From the NCBI GenBank assembly GCA_964578605.1, contig CAZODO010000014.1:6102-70101 (forward strand): 64,000 nt of DNA. The letters run 5' to 3'. This stretch comes from an uncultured Verrucomicrobiota bacterium. GTDB taxonomy: Bacteria; Verrucomicrobiota; Verrucomicrobiia; Limisphaerales; SIBE01. Position 1 is the stretch's first letter, and every line of letters begins with the position of its first letter. A program made the translations under genes and the position numbers. Of the stretch, positions 30,401 through 38,940 are shown in pieces. The notes beneath the pieces were generated by a model. It was not told the origin of the DNA. It did not search any database and saw nothing but the letters and a program-made list of their open reading frames with translations.

Positions 30401-30642
30401 CCCAAGACCGCGAGGCGCGATCCCAAAGCCACACCCTGGACCTCAAGTGGGGCAAGCTCCGGGTTCGCACCCTCGCTTTCACGCTCGCGGATGGGGTCAG
30501 ACCGGCCCGCGCCAGGGTGCGCGCAGCGGGGAAGTGGATTGATGCCACGGTGCGGCCCGTGGGGAGCCGCGCCGAGATCACGCTCGGCTCGGAAGTCACA
30601 TTGAGGGCGGGAGAATCGATGGAGGTGACGGTCTTTCCGTAA
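27466..30642 (+). CDS. Tat-exported GH116-like beta-glucosidase/glucosylceramidase with an inserted beta-sandwich module
   Basis: Tat motif [9 protein letters not shown]. GH116 N-terminal domain signature [27 protein letters not shown]. C-terminal (alpha/alpha)6-type region ([29 protein letters not shown]). Start set to ATG 27466. Confidence 0.7.
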   Translation: [1058 protein letters not shown]

Positions 30643-30657
30643 ACCTCCCGCCTTGTC

Positions 30658-30957
30658 ATGTCCCTAGAACTCCCGATCGACGGCGTCCTTGATCTGCACA
30701 CCTTCCGCCCGCAAGACCTCAAGGAGTTGGTGCCCGATTACCTGGAGGCTTGCCGGGAACGAGGGATTCTTCGCGTCCGCATCATCCATGGCAAAGGGAT
30801 CGGCAATCTGCGCCGCACGGTTCATTCCATCCTCTCCAAGCATCCCGGGATCGAATCGTTTGCTTTGGCGAGCACCGGTTTCGGCGGTTGGGGCGCCACG
30901 ATCGTGCATCTGACACCGCCGTCCGCCACGCCCAACGCTCCTGGGGCCAAGGAGTGA
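30658..30957 (+). CDS. Stand-alone Smr (MutS2 C-terminal-like) domain protein
   Basis: LDLHTFRPQDL...LRVRIIHGKGIGNLRRTVHSILSKHP. Confidence 0.75.
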   Translation: MSLELPIDGVLDLHTFRPQDLKELVPDYLEACRERGILRVRIIHGKGIGNLRRTVHSILSKHPGIESFALASTGFGGWGATIVHLTPPSATPNAPGAKE

Positions 30958-30967
30958 TCCGGCGCGG

Positions 30968-31504
30968 TCAGCCGCCGAACAGGGCCCGGGCGACCGCCAG
31001 GAGGAACTGAGCCACAAAGAAAAAGGCCGTCCCTGCCGCAAACACCAGCGCAAGAAACGCCGCGGCAAGCCAGAAAACGATCTGGCGCGCAGGGCGTTCG
31101 GGTGTCGCCGGATTGTAATGCTGATCCAGAAGGCGCAAGTTCCTGATGTTCGCCTTCCAGACCGCGTCAAAGATATCGCCCAAGACGGGAAAAGTCCCCA
31201 CGAGCGCTTCCACGGCGAGATTGCCCATCATTTTGGCGAGTACCTTCTTTTGCAGGCCAAGGCGAGCCGATTCGTACACGAGGTAAAATGAGATGACCAT
31301 CCCGACTACGTCGCCCAACCCAGGCAGAACTCCGAGAAGCGGGTCCAAACCGATCCGGTACCCGCTCGGCAGCACGATCGACTGGTCCATCAGGACGCTC
31401 CATGACCGGATGCGCCGGTAACGGGGATTTTCGGGATAGACGATCCGCTGGGCGCGTTTCCCATCCGCATGTGCGCTGGATTGTGTCGTGAGTTGTTCGT
31501 TCAT
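30968..31504 (-). CDS. DUF4112-family membrane protein
   Basis: LPGLGDVVGMVISFYLVYESARLG...VGTFPVLGDIFDAVWKANIRNL. Start set to ATG 31504 (MNEQL...). The longer ORF reads through repeat array B. Confidence 0.65.
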   Translation of the reverse strand: MNEQLTTQSSAHADGKRAQRIVYPENPRYRRIRSWSVLMDQSIVLPSGYRIGLDPLLGVLPGLGDVVGMVISFYLVYESARLGLQKKVLAKMMGNLAVEALVGTFPVLGDIFDAVWKANIRNLRLLDQHYNPATPERPARQIVFWLAAAFLALVFAAGTAFFFVAQFLLAVARALFGG

Positions 31505-31583
31505 CCTGGCTCTTTGCTTTGAGCAGGGTAACACCAAACCGCTGGTCAAGCCACGAGGCTGCCAGTTGACGCCGCATAGACTA

Positions 31584-31704
31584 TAAACGCACGCTAAACG
31601 CACGCTAAACGCACGATAAACGCACGATAAACGCACGATAAACGCACGATAAACGCATGTATACATGAGTTTACCATGTGTTTAACATGAGTATGACATG
31701 TGTA
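31584..31704. repeat. Phased 11-bp tandem array B (11 units, 121 bp)
   Basis: taaacgcacgc x2, taaacgcacga x4, taaacgcatgt, atacatgagtt, taccatgtgtt, taacatgagta, tgacatgtgta, all in 11-bp register. Lies 80 bp upstream of the DUF4112 ATG. Confidence 0.95.
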
Positions 31705-31909
31705 ATTATTGGATGGCTGGCGGATGCGGTTCAGCAAAACCTCGGATCGGCCTTAAGCCCTTTCCCAACCGGCCGCCCTCGCGCGCAACTATCCAGGCGG
31801 CAAAACCGGGCATGGGATGGGTTCGCCAACGGATCGCCAATTATCCCCGGCCGTTGAACACGGTGAAAACCTACGGGGCGGATGGCGGCTGGTTCTCTGC
31901 GGTCGCGGC

Positions 31910-33649
31910 TCAAGAGTTGCCGCATTCCAGGACCGACATGCCCACCAGCTCGATGTGGTTGTCGCTCGAGAGCCGCAAGACGCGAAACCGGAGACAATCG
32001 AACTCGACGACGGCGTCCAGGGTCGTCCCTTCGGGCCCAAGTTCGCGGCGCATCACGTCGTGGAGCGTCGTCTCGGGAGGCGCGTCGATGTGAATGGAAT
32101 AGAACGCCTCCAGCTCGCCGACGGTTGTCGTGCCTCGGAACGGGAACTCGACATCGGTCGGCACTGTTGAAGATTCGTCAGGGTTCTTGCCAAACACCTG
32201 GTCCACGAGCGATTCCGTTCCTGGCCGAAGCACAAGCATGATGTGATCGCCCGCGTGAATGCGGGTGCTTCCTTGCGGAGGGATGACCTTTCCGTCGCGG
32301 GCGATGAGGGCGATGACGACCCCGCCCGGGAGAGCCAACTCTCTGACAAGGCGCCCGGCCGCCCGAGAGTCTTCGCTAAGGGCGTAATCGACCACTTTCC
32401 CGTCTACTTTGCGAAGGGAACTGATCTCGAGAGTGACGGGCGGTTCAGGATCTCGCGGGCGCTCCAGGCCGAGCAGCCTGGCCGCGGGAGTTAGGCTGGC
32501 CCCCTGGAGCATGGCGGAGACGACCACGATGAAGAACACCACGTCGAAAAGCAGCGACGCCTGCAATGAAATCTCCGGCGTCGCGAGCATCAGGGGGAAG
32601 GTCGCCAGCGTGATCGGCACCGCTCCTTTCAACCCGACCCACGAAAGGAACGTGAGCTCCCGCCAGCTGAACTTGAACGGGAGCGCCGAAATCCAAACGG
32701 CAACGGGTCGCGCCACCAGCATCAAGACCACGCTGACCAGGAGGGCTTTGCCGCTGACCTCCAACAGCCGGCTCGGAAAGCACAGCAGGCCCAGGGTGAC
32801 GAACATGATGATCTGGGCCAGCCAGGCAATCGCGTCATGGAACCGGCGGATTCCTTGCTGGAAAGATAACGGCCGGTTCCCGATCACCACCCCCGCCAGG
32901 TAGACCGCCAGGAAGCCACTCCCGTTCAGGTGAGCCGCGAGCCCGTAGATCACAAGGCAACAGGCGCTCACGAGGACCGGATACATCCCGGTGGCGCCGA
33001 GTTCGATGCGGTTGACGACCCAAGCGGATGCAACCCCTCCGATCAGGCCGAGAACCGCTCCGATCAGCATTTGTGAGGCGAACAAGCCCAGCAGACCGGG
33101 TCCGAGCGATACGTTGCCGAGCAGGAGTTCAATGCAGCCCACGGTCAGGAAGATCGCCATCGGGTCGTTGGAGGCGCTTTCCACTTCCAGCACGGCCGAG
33201 ATCCGCTTCGGCAGCCCAACCCCACCCCAACGCAGGATCGAGAACACGGCGGAAGCGTCGGTAGACCCAACGATGCTCCCCAGCAGAAACCCTTCCAGCA
33301 GGGAGATGCCAAGGATCCAGGAAGCCGCCACGCCCGTGATAGCGGCGGTCACCAGGACCCCCAGCGTAGCCAACAGAACGGACGGCTGCCAGGCCACCCG
33401 AATTGCACTCAGCGACGTGCCAAGCCCGCCGTCGAAGAGGATTGCCGCCAGCGCGATCGTTCCCACGGCATGCGCAAGCCGGTAATTCTCAAATTCAATG
33501 CCCCCAATGCCTTCCGATCCCGCCACAATGCCGACGACAAGGAACAGGACCAGTACAGGCACGCCGAGGCGAGTCGATAACTTGCTGGAAGCAATGCCCA
33601 GCAAGAGCAACACGCCCGTCACGAGAATCAGAGTGTCAACTGCGAACAT
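31910..33649 (-). CDS. K+/H+ antiporter (CPA1, NhaP2/CvrA-like) with a C-terminal TrkA-C domain
   Basis: Multi-transmembrane N-terminus (MFAVDTLILVTGVLLLLGIASSKLSTRLGVPVLV...) and a soluble C-terminal regulatory domain (...IHAGDHIMLV). Start set to ATG 33649. Confidence 0.8.
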   Translation of the reverse strand: MFAVDTLILVTGVLLLLGIASSKLSTRLGVPVLVLFLVVGIVAGSEGIGGIEFENYRLAHAVGTIALAAILFDGGLGTSLSAIRVAWQPSVLLATLGVLVTAAITGVAASWILGISLLEGFLLGSIVGSTDASAVFSILRWGGVGLPKRISAVLEVESASNDPMAIFLTVGCIELLLGNVSLGPGLLGLFASQMLIGAVLGLIGGVASAWVVNRIELGATGMYPVLVSACCLVIYGLAAHLNGSGFLAVYLAGVVIGNRPLSFQQGIRRFHDAIAWLAQIIMFVTLGLLCFPSRLLEVSGKALLVSVVLMLVARPVAVWISALPFKFSWRELTFLSWVGLKGAVPITLATFPLMLATPEISLQASLLFDVVFFIVVVSAMLQGASLTPAARLLGLERPRDPEPPVTLEISSLRKVDGKVVDYALSEDSRAAGRLVRELALPGGVVIALIARDGKVIPPQGSTRIHAGDHIMLVLRPGTESLVDQVFGKNPDESSTVPTDVEFPFRGTTTVGELEAFYSIHIDAPPETTLHDVMRRELGPEGTTLDAVVEFDCLRFRVLRLSSDNHIELVGMSVLECGNS

Positions 33650-33963
33650 CCGCCGGCGAATCCGCCCCTGAGACACACCTCCGACAGGAGTCACGGAAAC
33701 CGCAATAGCCTAGGAGGTTCGACACCGTTTGGGAAGCCCTGTTGATCGGGATGGGACACTTTTCGCTAGAGCGGGCGCAAATCCGGCCTTCGGCCGCCCC
33801 GCGGACCGCTATCGCAAGCGCATTTTCGTCGAAGTTCCCGGCGGCTTTGACGAGACCCAGCCCGCGTGTTAGGGTCAGCCATTCACGGGGGGCGCCAATG
33901 AGCAATGATCAGTAAAGCCCCACGGCCACCGAGGCGGCTTGGCCTCGCGCATTGAAAGCATTC

Positions 33964-35064
33964 ATGAAAATCAGCACTTCCATAGGATTAGCCGGGTTGT
34001 TTCTCGCCGGGACCATCGGGTCTGCCCAAGGTGCCGCCACCTTAAAGGTGGGCGATCCCGCGCCAAAATTGCAGGTCGGCAAGTGGGTTCAAGGCGAACC
34101 TGTCAAGGAGCTCGAGAAGGGCAAAGTTTACATTGTCGAGTTCTGGGCGACCTGGTGCGGACCCTGCCGGGTCTCGATTCCCCATCTCAACGAGATCCAT
34201 AACCAGTTCAAAGACAAAGGATTGATCGTCATTGGCCAGGACGTCTGGGAGCGGGACGAGAGCAAGGTGGAGCCGTTCGTGAAGTCCATGGGCGAGAAAA
34301 TGACCTACCGCGTCGCGTTGGACGACAAAGAGGGAAGCGAGAAAGGCAAGATGGCCGAGACCTGGATGGAAGCCGCCGGGCAGAATGGAATCCCTGCGGC
34401 GTTTCTCATCAACAAGGACGCCATCATCGCTTGGATCGGCCATCCGATGACGCTCACCCCAGAACTGGTCCAGTCCGTCCTGGACGGCAAGTTCGATATT
34501 CAAAAGGCCCAAGCCGAATTCCTGGAGGAACAACGGAACAACGAACTACGGCGCGCTGCCCAGGTGCCGATCAGCAAACTCTCGGCCGCCCTCCAAAAAA
34601 AGGATTACGCGGAAGTCGACGCTCAATTGGCCGAGGCCGGGAAGCTCATGCCTAAGGAAGACTTCGCGAGGCTGAAGGGCTTTGTGCTCGTGGCCAAGCG
34701 CGATTATCCCGCCGTGAAGAAGCACCTTCAGGAAACCTATGACATCAAGGCCGGGCAAAAGCCGCCCACCGAGTCCGCCAATCCGTTGAACGAGATCGCA
34801 TGGCGCATGGCCCTGGACCCGGAAATCTCTGCGGCAGACCTCGCCCATGCCGAAACGATCGCTCGCTGGGCCGATGACGCCAGCGATAATAAATCCTGGA
34901 TGATCATGGACACCGTCGCCCGCGTGCTCTTCCGGCGCGACAAGCAGCAGGAAGCGATCAAGCTGCAGCAGAAAGCACTTGAACTCGCGGACGAGCAGGC
35001 GAAGCCCCAATTGGAACAGACACTCGAGAGCTACAAGAAAGGCGAACTCCCGCCCGACGAATAG
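33964..35064 (+). CDS. Secreted TlpA/thioredoxin-like oxidoreductase with a helical C-terminal domain
   Basis: Signal peptide (MKISTSIGLAGLFLAGTIGSAQG). YIVEFWATWCGPCRVSIPHL (CxxC). Start set to ATG 33964. Confidence 0.75.
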   Translation: MKISTSIGLAGLFLAGTIGSAQGAATLKVGDPAPKLQVGKWVQGEPVKELEKGKVYIVEFWATWCGPCRVSIPHLNEIHNQFKDKGLIVIGQDVWERDESKVEPFVKSMGEKMTYRVALDDKEGSEKGKMAETWMEAAGQNGIPAAFLINKDAIIAWIGHPMTLTPELVQSVLDGKFDIQKAQAEFLEEQRNNELRRAAQVPISKLSAALQKKDYAEVDAQLAEAGKLMPKEDFARLKGFVLVAKRDYPAVKKHLQETYDIKAGQKPPTESANPLNEIAWRMALDPEISAADLAHAETIARWADDASDNKSWMIMDTVARVLFRRDKQQEAIKLQQKALELADEQAKPQLEQTLESYKKGELPPDE

Positions 35065-35093
35065 TGGCCCTGCGATTGTTCCGATTCAGAGAT

Positions 35094-35125
35094 GCGGGGG
35101 GACGGAATCCATTTCGTCCCCCCGC
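35094..35125 (+). terminator. GC-rich hairpin after the thioredoxin-like gene
   Basis: gcggggggacg-gaatccattt-cgtccccccgc, an 11-bp perfect stem 30 bp after the stop. No U-tract follows. Confidence 0.45.
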
Positions 35126-35206
35126 ACGGCCGCGATGCCCCTTGCACGTCAAAGAGGGGGCGGATGCTCATTCGATTCGTCGTTCATCTATTGACCGAAT
35201 TCGATA

Positions 35207-35225
35207 ATCCGATAACTTGTCGGAT
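35207..35225. promoter_or_regulatory. Inverted repeat abutting the antitoxin start codon (possible autoregulatory operator)
   Basis: atccga-taacttg-tcggat lies immediately before ATG 35226. Confidence 0.3.
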
Positions 35226-35462
35226 ATGAAGAAGACAGCGTCGGTCGCGGAGTTCACCAAGCAGTTCGGGCCCATTACGAACGCTCTTGCTCCCGGCGAA
35301 TCGGTGCAAGTGACCAGCTACGGCAAGGTGCACGGACGCTACATTCGCGAGGGAACGCCTCAACGACGCAAGAAGTGCAATCTGGGACGGCGTCTGGCCC
35401 AGGAGGACTACAGCGTGGCACAAGGACAGCAACTCATTGACGCGATCGTGTCGGAGGCATGA
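35226..35462 (+). CDS. Phd/YefM-like antitoxin
   Basis: MKKTASVAEFTKQFGPITNALAPGESVQVTSYGKVHGRYI fits the Phd/YefM N-terminal pattern. Its stop overlaps the next gene's start (ATGA). Confidence 0.5.
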   Translation: MKKTASVAEFTKQFGPITNALAPGESVQVTSYGKVHGRYIREGTPQRRKKCNLGRRLAQEDYSVAQGQQLIDAIVSEA

Positions 35463-35902
35463 CGCATTATCTCGACCTTGGATTTCTGCTCTGCCTGGTC
35501 ACCAAGTCTTCAGGCAGTCGCGCTGCCTGGGATGCGGTCCGCCCCCTTCCTCAGCCCCTCTTGATCACGGCTTACCAGGCGCTGCAAGTGGAAAACGGCT
35601 TGCGCAAGCGCCTGCTCGGAAAGGACGCGAAACTCCAGGCTGTCGCCGCTCGGGCGTGGGGGTTGTGGCAATTCTACTTGCGCGAAATGGTCTTCGCGCT
35701 CGCTCCCGCGCCATGGGACGCCGCGTTGGCACTGGCCCGATCCTGGAACGAGCGTATTGCGATGGAACCGCCCACCAGCAGCTTTCTCCTGCATCCAGCC
35801 GTCGCAGCGTCCTGTGGTTGCACCCACTTCTTCAGTTTTCAACCCGAGTGTCGGACCCTCGCAGCCGCGGCGGGCATGAACCTCGTGCCAGCGCGGCTGT
35901 GA
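35459..35902 (+). CDS. PIN-like domain protein with a degenerate active site
   Basis: MTHYLDLGFLLCL..., QVENG, ...FLLHPAVAA..., ...FFSFQPECRTLAAAAGMNLV follows the PIN/VapC block order, but the last two acidic positions appear to be substituted. Confidence 0.4.
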   Translation: MTHYLDLGFLLCLVTKSSGSRAAWDAVRPLPQPLLITAYQALQVENGLRKRLLGKDAKLQAVAARAWGLWQFYLREMVFALAPAPWDAALALARSWNERIAMEPPTSSFLLHPAVAASCGCTHFFSFQPECRTLAAAAGMNLVPARL

Positions 35903-35972
35903 TTCGCATTCGCGACGGCGCAAGCGCCAGTCAGTCAGTCATTGGGTGCTCGTAAAGAACCACTTATAAAAC

Positions 35973-36012
35973 GTCGCACACTCTGTCCACATCTGTGGAC
36001 AAAATGTGCGAC
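35973..36012. terminator. Bidirectional terminator-like compound hairpin between convergent genes
   Basis: gtcgcaca-ctc-tgtccaca-tc-tgtggaca-aaa-tgtgcgac (two 8-bp stems). Flanked by ttataaaac on the left (U-rich on the minus strand) and atttc on the right. Confidence 0.6.
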
Positions 36013-36058
36013 ATTTCAAAGACGCGGAGTTCTGAACCCGTCAACTCCGGGTGCGAGC

Positions 36059-37492
36059 TCAGCCTTCCTCGACCAACTTCATGCCCAGCAGGCGGACGAG
36101 GTGGCGGGCCGTATCCATATGGTTATCGTAAAAGACCACACGGTGCAGCAGGGTCATGGCGTCTTCACTGTCAATGGCGCTGCTCCAGTTGGCAGCCATG
36201 GTCGCCGCATCACGCACTTCGGTGACAATCTGGGTCCGGCAGGCACGAACTGATCTGGCCGGGACTTCGATAATTTTGCCGGTGGACGCGAGGAGGGTTT
36301 CCAGGTTAACCAGCTTGGTGCGGGTGACGGTTTGACCCACACGGTACTGGACTTCGGGGACGCAGCCGCTGCCGCTGACCTCAGAATGCCCGCGCAACAG
36401 GTAAGGCGCCGGTTTGCTCGCGATCCCCTCCATCTTCAAGGGCGCCGTGCAATGCGCCGTCCACAGGACGTTCCGAGACGTGTCAAAGGTGGCGTTCCCT
36501 TGGAAACCGGCGCGGTCAATCGCGTACTGGAACAGCATCATGGTCAGCAGCGAATCCATGTCGCCTTCGCAAGCGGCTGGAATCCCGCTGTCCCGGAGCC
36601 GGGCGAAGCCCAGGCAGGGGAATCCTTTGGGCAGCCAGCCCATGCACGTGCCGATCGCTAATCCCTGGGCTTGCTCCCGTTCGATAAGGCGGTGCAGAGC
36701 CACGCTGACGCGGGCCGCTTTGTTAATGTCTTCCGTCGAGGGTTCGACGATCTCTTTTGCTTCATCGGTCCAACGCTTGGCTTCCGCCCGAACCGCATCG
36801 GCATCGGCCCCGTCGATCAGCTCTCCGAAAGCCTTCTCCTCGATCGCAATCACATCCGCCCCCAAACGTTTCTTGACTTCCTCCGGTGACCGCGCGGCTG
36901 CGGTTCCTTGAGCGGGCGGGAACAACAGGATTCGGCTTTGCTGCATCAAAGAAGGGACCCTTAGCAGCCGCAGAGCTCTTTCGAGCTCGTTATAATCGCT
37001 CGTGGCGAACAGGGTGACCGGCTTTCCCTGCCGCTGCCAGCGGTGCGCGTACATCCAATCGTGACCGCTCGCCGGAAGCGAGAACACGATCATCGGATGG
37101 TTGCCATCGAGAATGGGCTGCACCACCGGAAGCAGAGCAAAGATCTGCAAATTCACCGCTAGCACCGGTGTCTTGGGCCCGAACTTCTCCAGAAGCGCCG
37201 CGGTTTGCGCCGCGGTTGTGGCCTGCCCCATGATCAACTCGACATTGCCCAGGTCCTTTTCCGCCTTAACCAGCCGGGCCTTCATGGCTTCGAACTGGGT
37301 GGCATCGGCTCCCCAATTGCGGTCGGCAGGCCCTGGGTTGCCTGTGAAGATCACGCCAATTCGCGCCTTGCGAGGCAGTCGAGGCGCAGGCATTTCTCCA
37401 GCCCGTGCGTAGACAAGGCCGGCGGTTGAAATGGCCAGTCCGGCAGCCATGCCGGTCTGCAGAAACCCACGTCGCGTGCATTGGTAACACAT
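36059..37492 (-). CDS. L-fucose/L-arabinose isomerase-like fold protein carrying a twin-arginine signal
   Basis: MCYQCTRRGFLQTGMAAGLA (Tat-like). ...IPAACEGDMDSLLTMMLF... and a C-terminal HRVVFYDNHMDTARHLVRLLGMKL resemble the FucI/AraA-like family. Confidence 0.45.
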   Translation of the reverse strand: MCYQCTRRGFLQTGMAAGLAISTAGLVYARAGEMPAPRLPRKARIGVIFTGNPGPADRNWGADATQFEAMKARLVKAEKDLGNVELIMGQATTAAQTAALLEKFGPKTPVLAVNLQIFALLPVVQPILDGNHPMIVFSLPASGHDWMYAHRWQRQGKPVTLFATSDYNELERALRLLRVPSLMQQSRILLFPPAQGTAAARSPEEVKKRLGADVIAIEEKAFGELIDGADADAVRAEAKRWTDEAKEIVEPSTEDINKAARVSVALHRLIEREQAQGLAIGTCMGWLPKGFPCLGFARLRDSGIPAACEGDMDSLLTMMLFQYAIDRAGFQGNATFDTSRNVLWTAHCTAPLKMEGIASKPAPYLLRGHSEVSGSGCVPEVQYRVGQTVTRTKLVNLETLLASTGKIIEVPARSVRACRTQIVTEVRDAATMAANWSSAIDSEDAMTLLHRVVFYDNHMDTARHLVRLLGMKLVEEG

Positions 37493-37698
37493 AATAGGCA
37501 AGGATATTCGCGTTGCAGAACGCAGTTTTTTGGCTGATGGTGCGACCCTACTGGCAAGAACCCCCGCTGTGCAAGCCCGGAAATGATCACCTCTCGCTGG
37601 GAACCTGCTTGCGAATAGCCGCTTGTTTTGGCGACAGGAGATAGCATCAAGAAGCCGCTGGGTTTCCCGCTGTGAATCACCCTGCACGCATCCTGCCT

Positions 37699-38865
37699 TT
37701 ACCGGCGGAGCGGATGCGCGGCGGCAAAATCCATGAACCTGGCCCAGTCATACGCGGTCAGGTTATGCTCGCCGCGGCGCAAGTGGTATCCGATGGCCCC
37801 GGCGTGGAGGGGGTGTTCGGGGTCAGGCATGCGATCCGTCTCCAGGCCCTGGGTACCCAGGAGGGCGAAAACGGGCGTGGCGTGAACGGCGGTTAGGAAT
37901 TCGCTCTTCGGATCCGCCCAAGCGTCTTCGGTCGCGCTGCTGATGTAAAGGAGCCGCGGGGCGATCAGCGCCGCAAGCATGTGCTGGTCCACCGGCAGTT
38001 CGTTTTCGCGGTCGTTGTACCGCTTGTAGTTGGCGCAAAACCAGTGCGGAAAGGCGCGGTTGATATCGCGAACACGCTCGCCTGTCTTGCCCCGGGCCAG
38101 GGCTGCGCCGGTCGAGCCGGAATCGTTGCTCACTACCATGGCGAAACGCTCATCCTCGGCTCCCGCCCACAAGGCTGTCTTGCCGCCTCGGGAATGGCCG
38201 ACGACGGCGACGCGCCGCTTGTCGATGCGCGCGTCTTGTTCCAGGTAATCCATTGCCCGGCTTGCGCCCCAGGCCCACGCGGCAACGGCACCCCAGCGAC
38301 TCCCCTCATCCGCCACCTGGGAGGGGAACAACCCAATGACCCCGTTGGTCCAGCTGTCGGCGTTGTCAGGCGCGAGATCGGCATAGTGAAAGGCCGCCGC
38401 CGCGAAGCCTTTGGCGACGATCTCTTCCGCCGGCCAGAAGGGGCTCTTGACCTTCCGTGTCGGGTCGATGTTTTCCCAGCCGCGATTGCAGATGAGAAGG
38501 AAGCACGGCGCGGGCGCAACCGTATTTGGGATGAAGAGCACGAGCCGCATGAAACCCTCGCCGCCCGGCCCGCCATAGCGGATGCGGACTTGTTTGCGCG
38601 TGGCCTTTCCTTCCATGGCATCAGCCGCTTCGTCGAAGACTTCGAACTGGAGGTCTTGCGGCCGCCCGATGGGCGCCCGTCCATAAACGTGTTGCCGAAA
38701 CAACTCCAGGATCTCGGGCCTTCGTTGCCGGCGCCATTGGTCGGCTGACACCACCCTCTCTCCGGCGGAGGTGACGAGCGGATCGGGCAGATTCGCCGCG
38801 GCACCGTGCGCCAAGACGGCGGCAAGCAGGAAGCATCCGGCGGGAAGAAGAAGGCGTGGTTTCAC
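37699..38865 (-). CDS. Secreted alpha/beta hydrolase, CE15-like glucuronoyl esterase
   Basis: VVGHSRGGKTALWAGAEDERFAMVVSNDSG (nucleophile elbow). GTG 38865 gives a signal peptide (V)KPRLLLPAGCFLLAAVLAHGAAA. The longest ORF starts at GTG 38928. Confidence 0.55.
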   Translation of the reverse strand: MKPRLLLPAGCFLLAAVLAHGAAANLPDPLVTSAGERVVSADQWRRQRRPEILELFRQHVYGRAPIGRPQDLQFEVFDEAADAMEGKATRKQVRIRYGGPGGEGFMRLVLFIPNTVAPAPCFLLICNRGWENIDPTRKVKSPFWPAEEIVAKGFAAAAFHYADLAPDNADSWTNGVIGLFPSQVADEGSRWGAVAAWAWGASRAMDYLEQDARIDKRRVAVVGHSRGGKTALWAGAEDERFAMVVSNDSGSTGAALARGKTGERVRDINRAFPHWFCANYKRYNDRENELPVDQHMLAALIAPRLLYISSATEDAWADPKSEFLTAVHATPVFALLGTQGLETDRMPDPEHPLHAGAIGYHLRRGEHNLTAYDWARFMDFAAAHPLRR

Positions 38866-38940
38866 GGACGAGAGCGTAGACCGGCATGGCCCTGATGACA
38901 AACATCTGTCACGCGATGCCCCGCACACCAGGCACTGCCG

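Noticed and set aside
31505-31666. N-terminal extension of the DUF4112 ORF (and the analogous 61111-61236 extension of the methyltransferase ORF), both encoding repeated CVYRAF peptides
   Set aside because: The peptide repeat is simply the translation of the 11-bp DNA arrays. Internal ATGs give normal N-termini, so I treat the arrays as non-coding.
31584-31704. The possibility that the tandem arrays (A-E) are CRISPR arrays serving the type III-B system
   Set aside because: The units are 11 bp and directly abutting with no unique spacers. This is incompatible with the repeat-spacer architecture of CRISPR (repeats and spacers of a few tens of bp each).
37510-37531. gcgtt-gcag-aacgc hairpin followed by TTTTTT
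   Set aside because: The terminator orientation is plus-strand, but both flanking genes are on the minus strand. The stem is only 5 bp.
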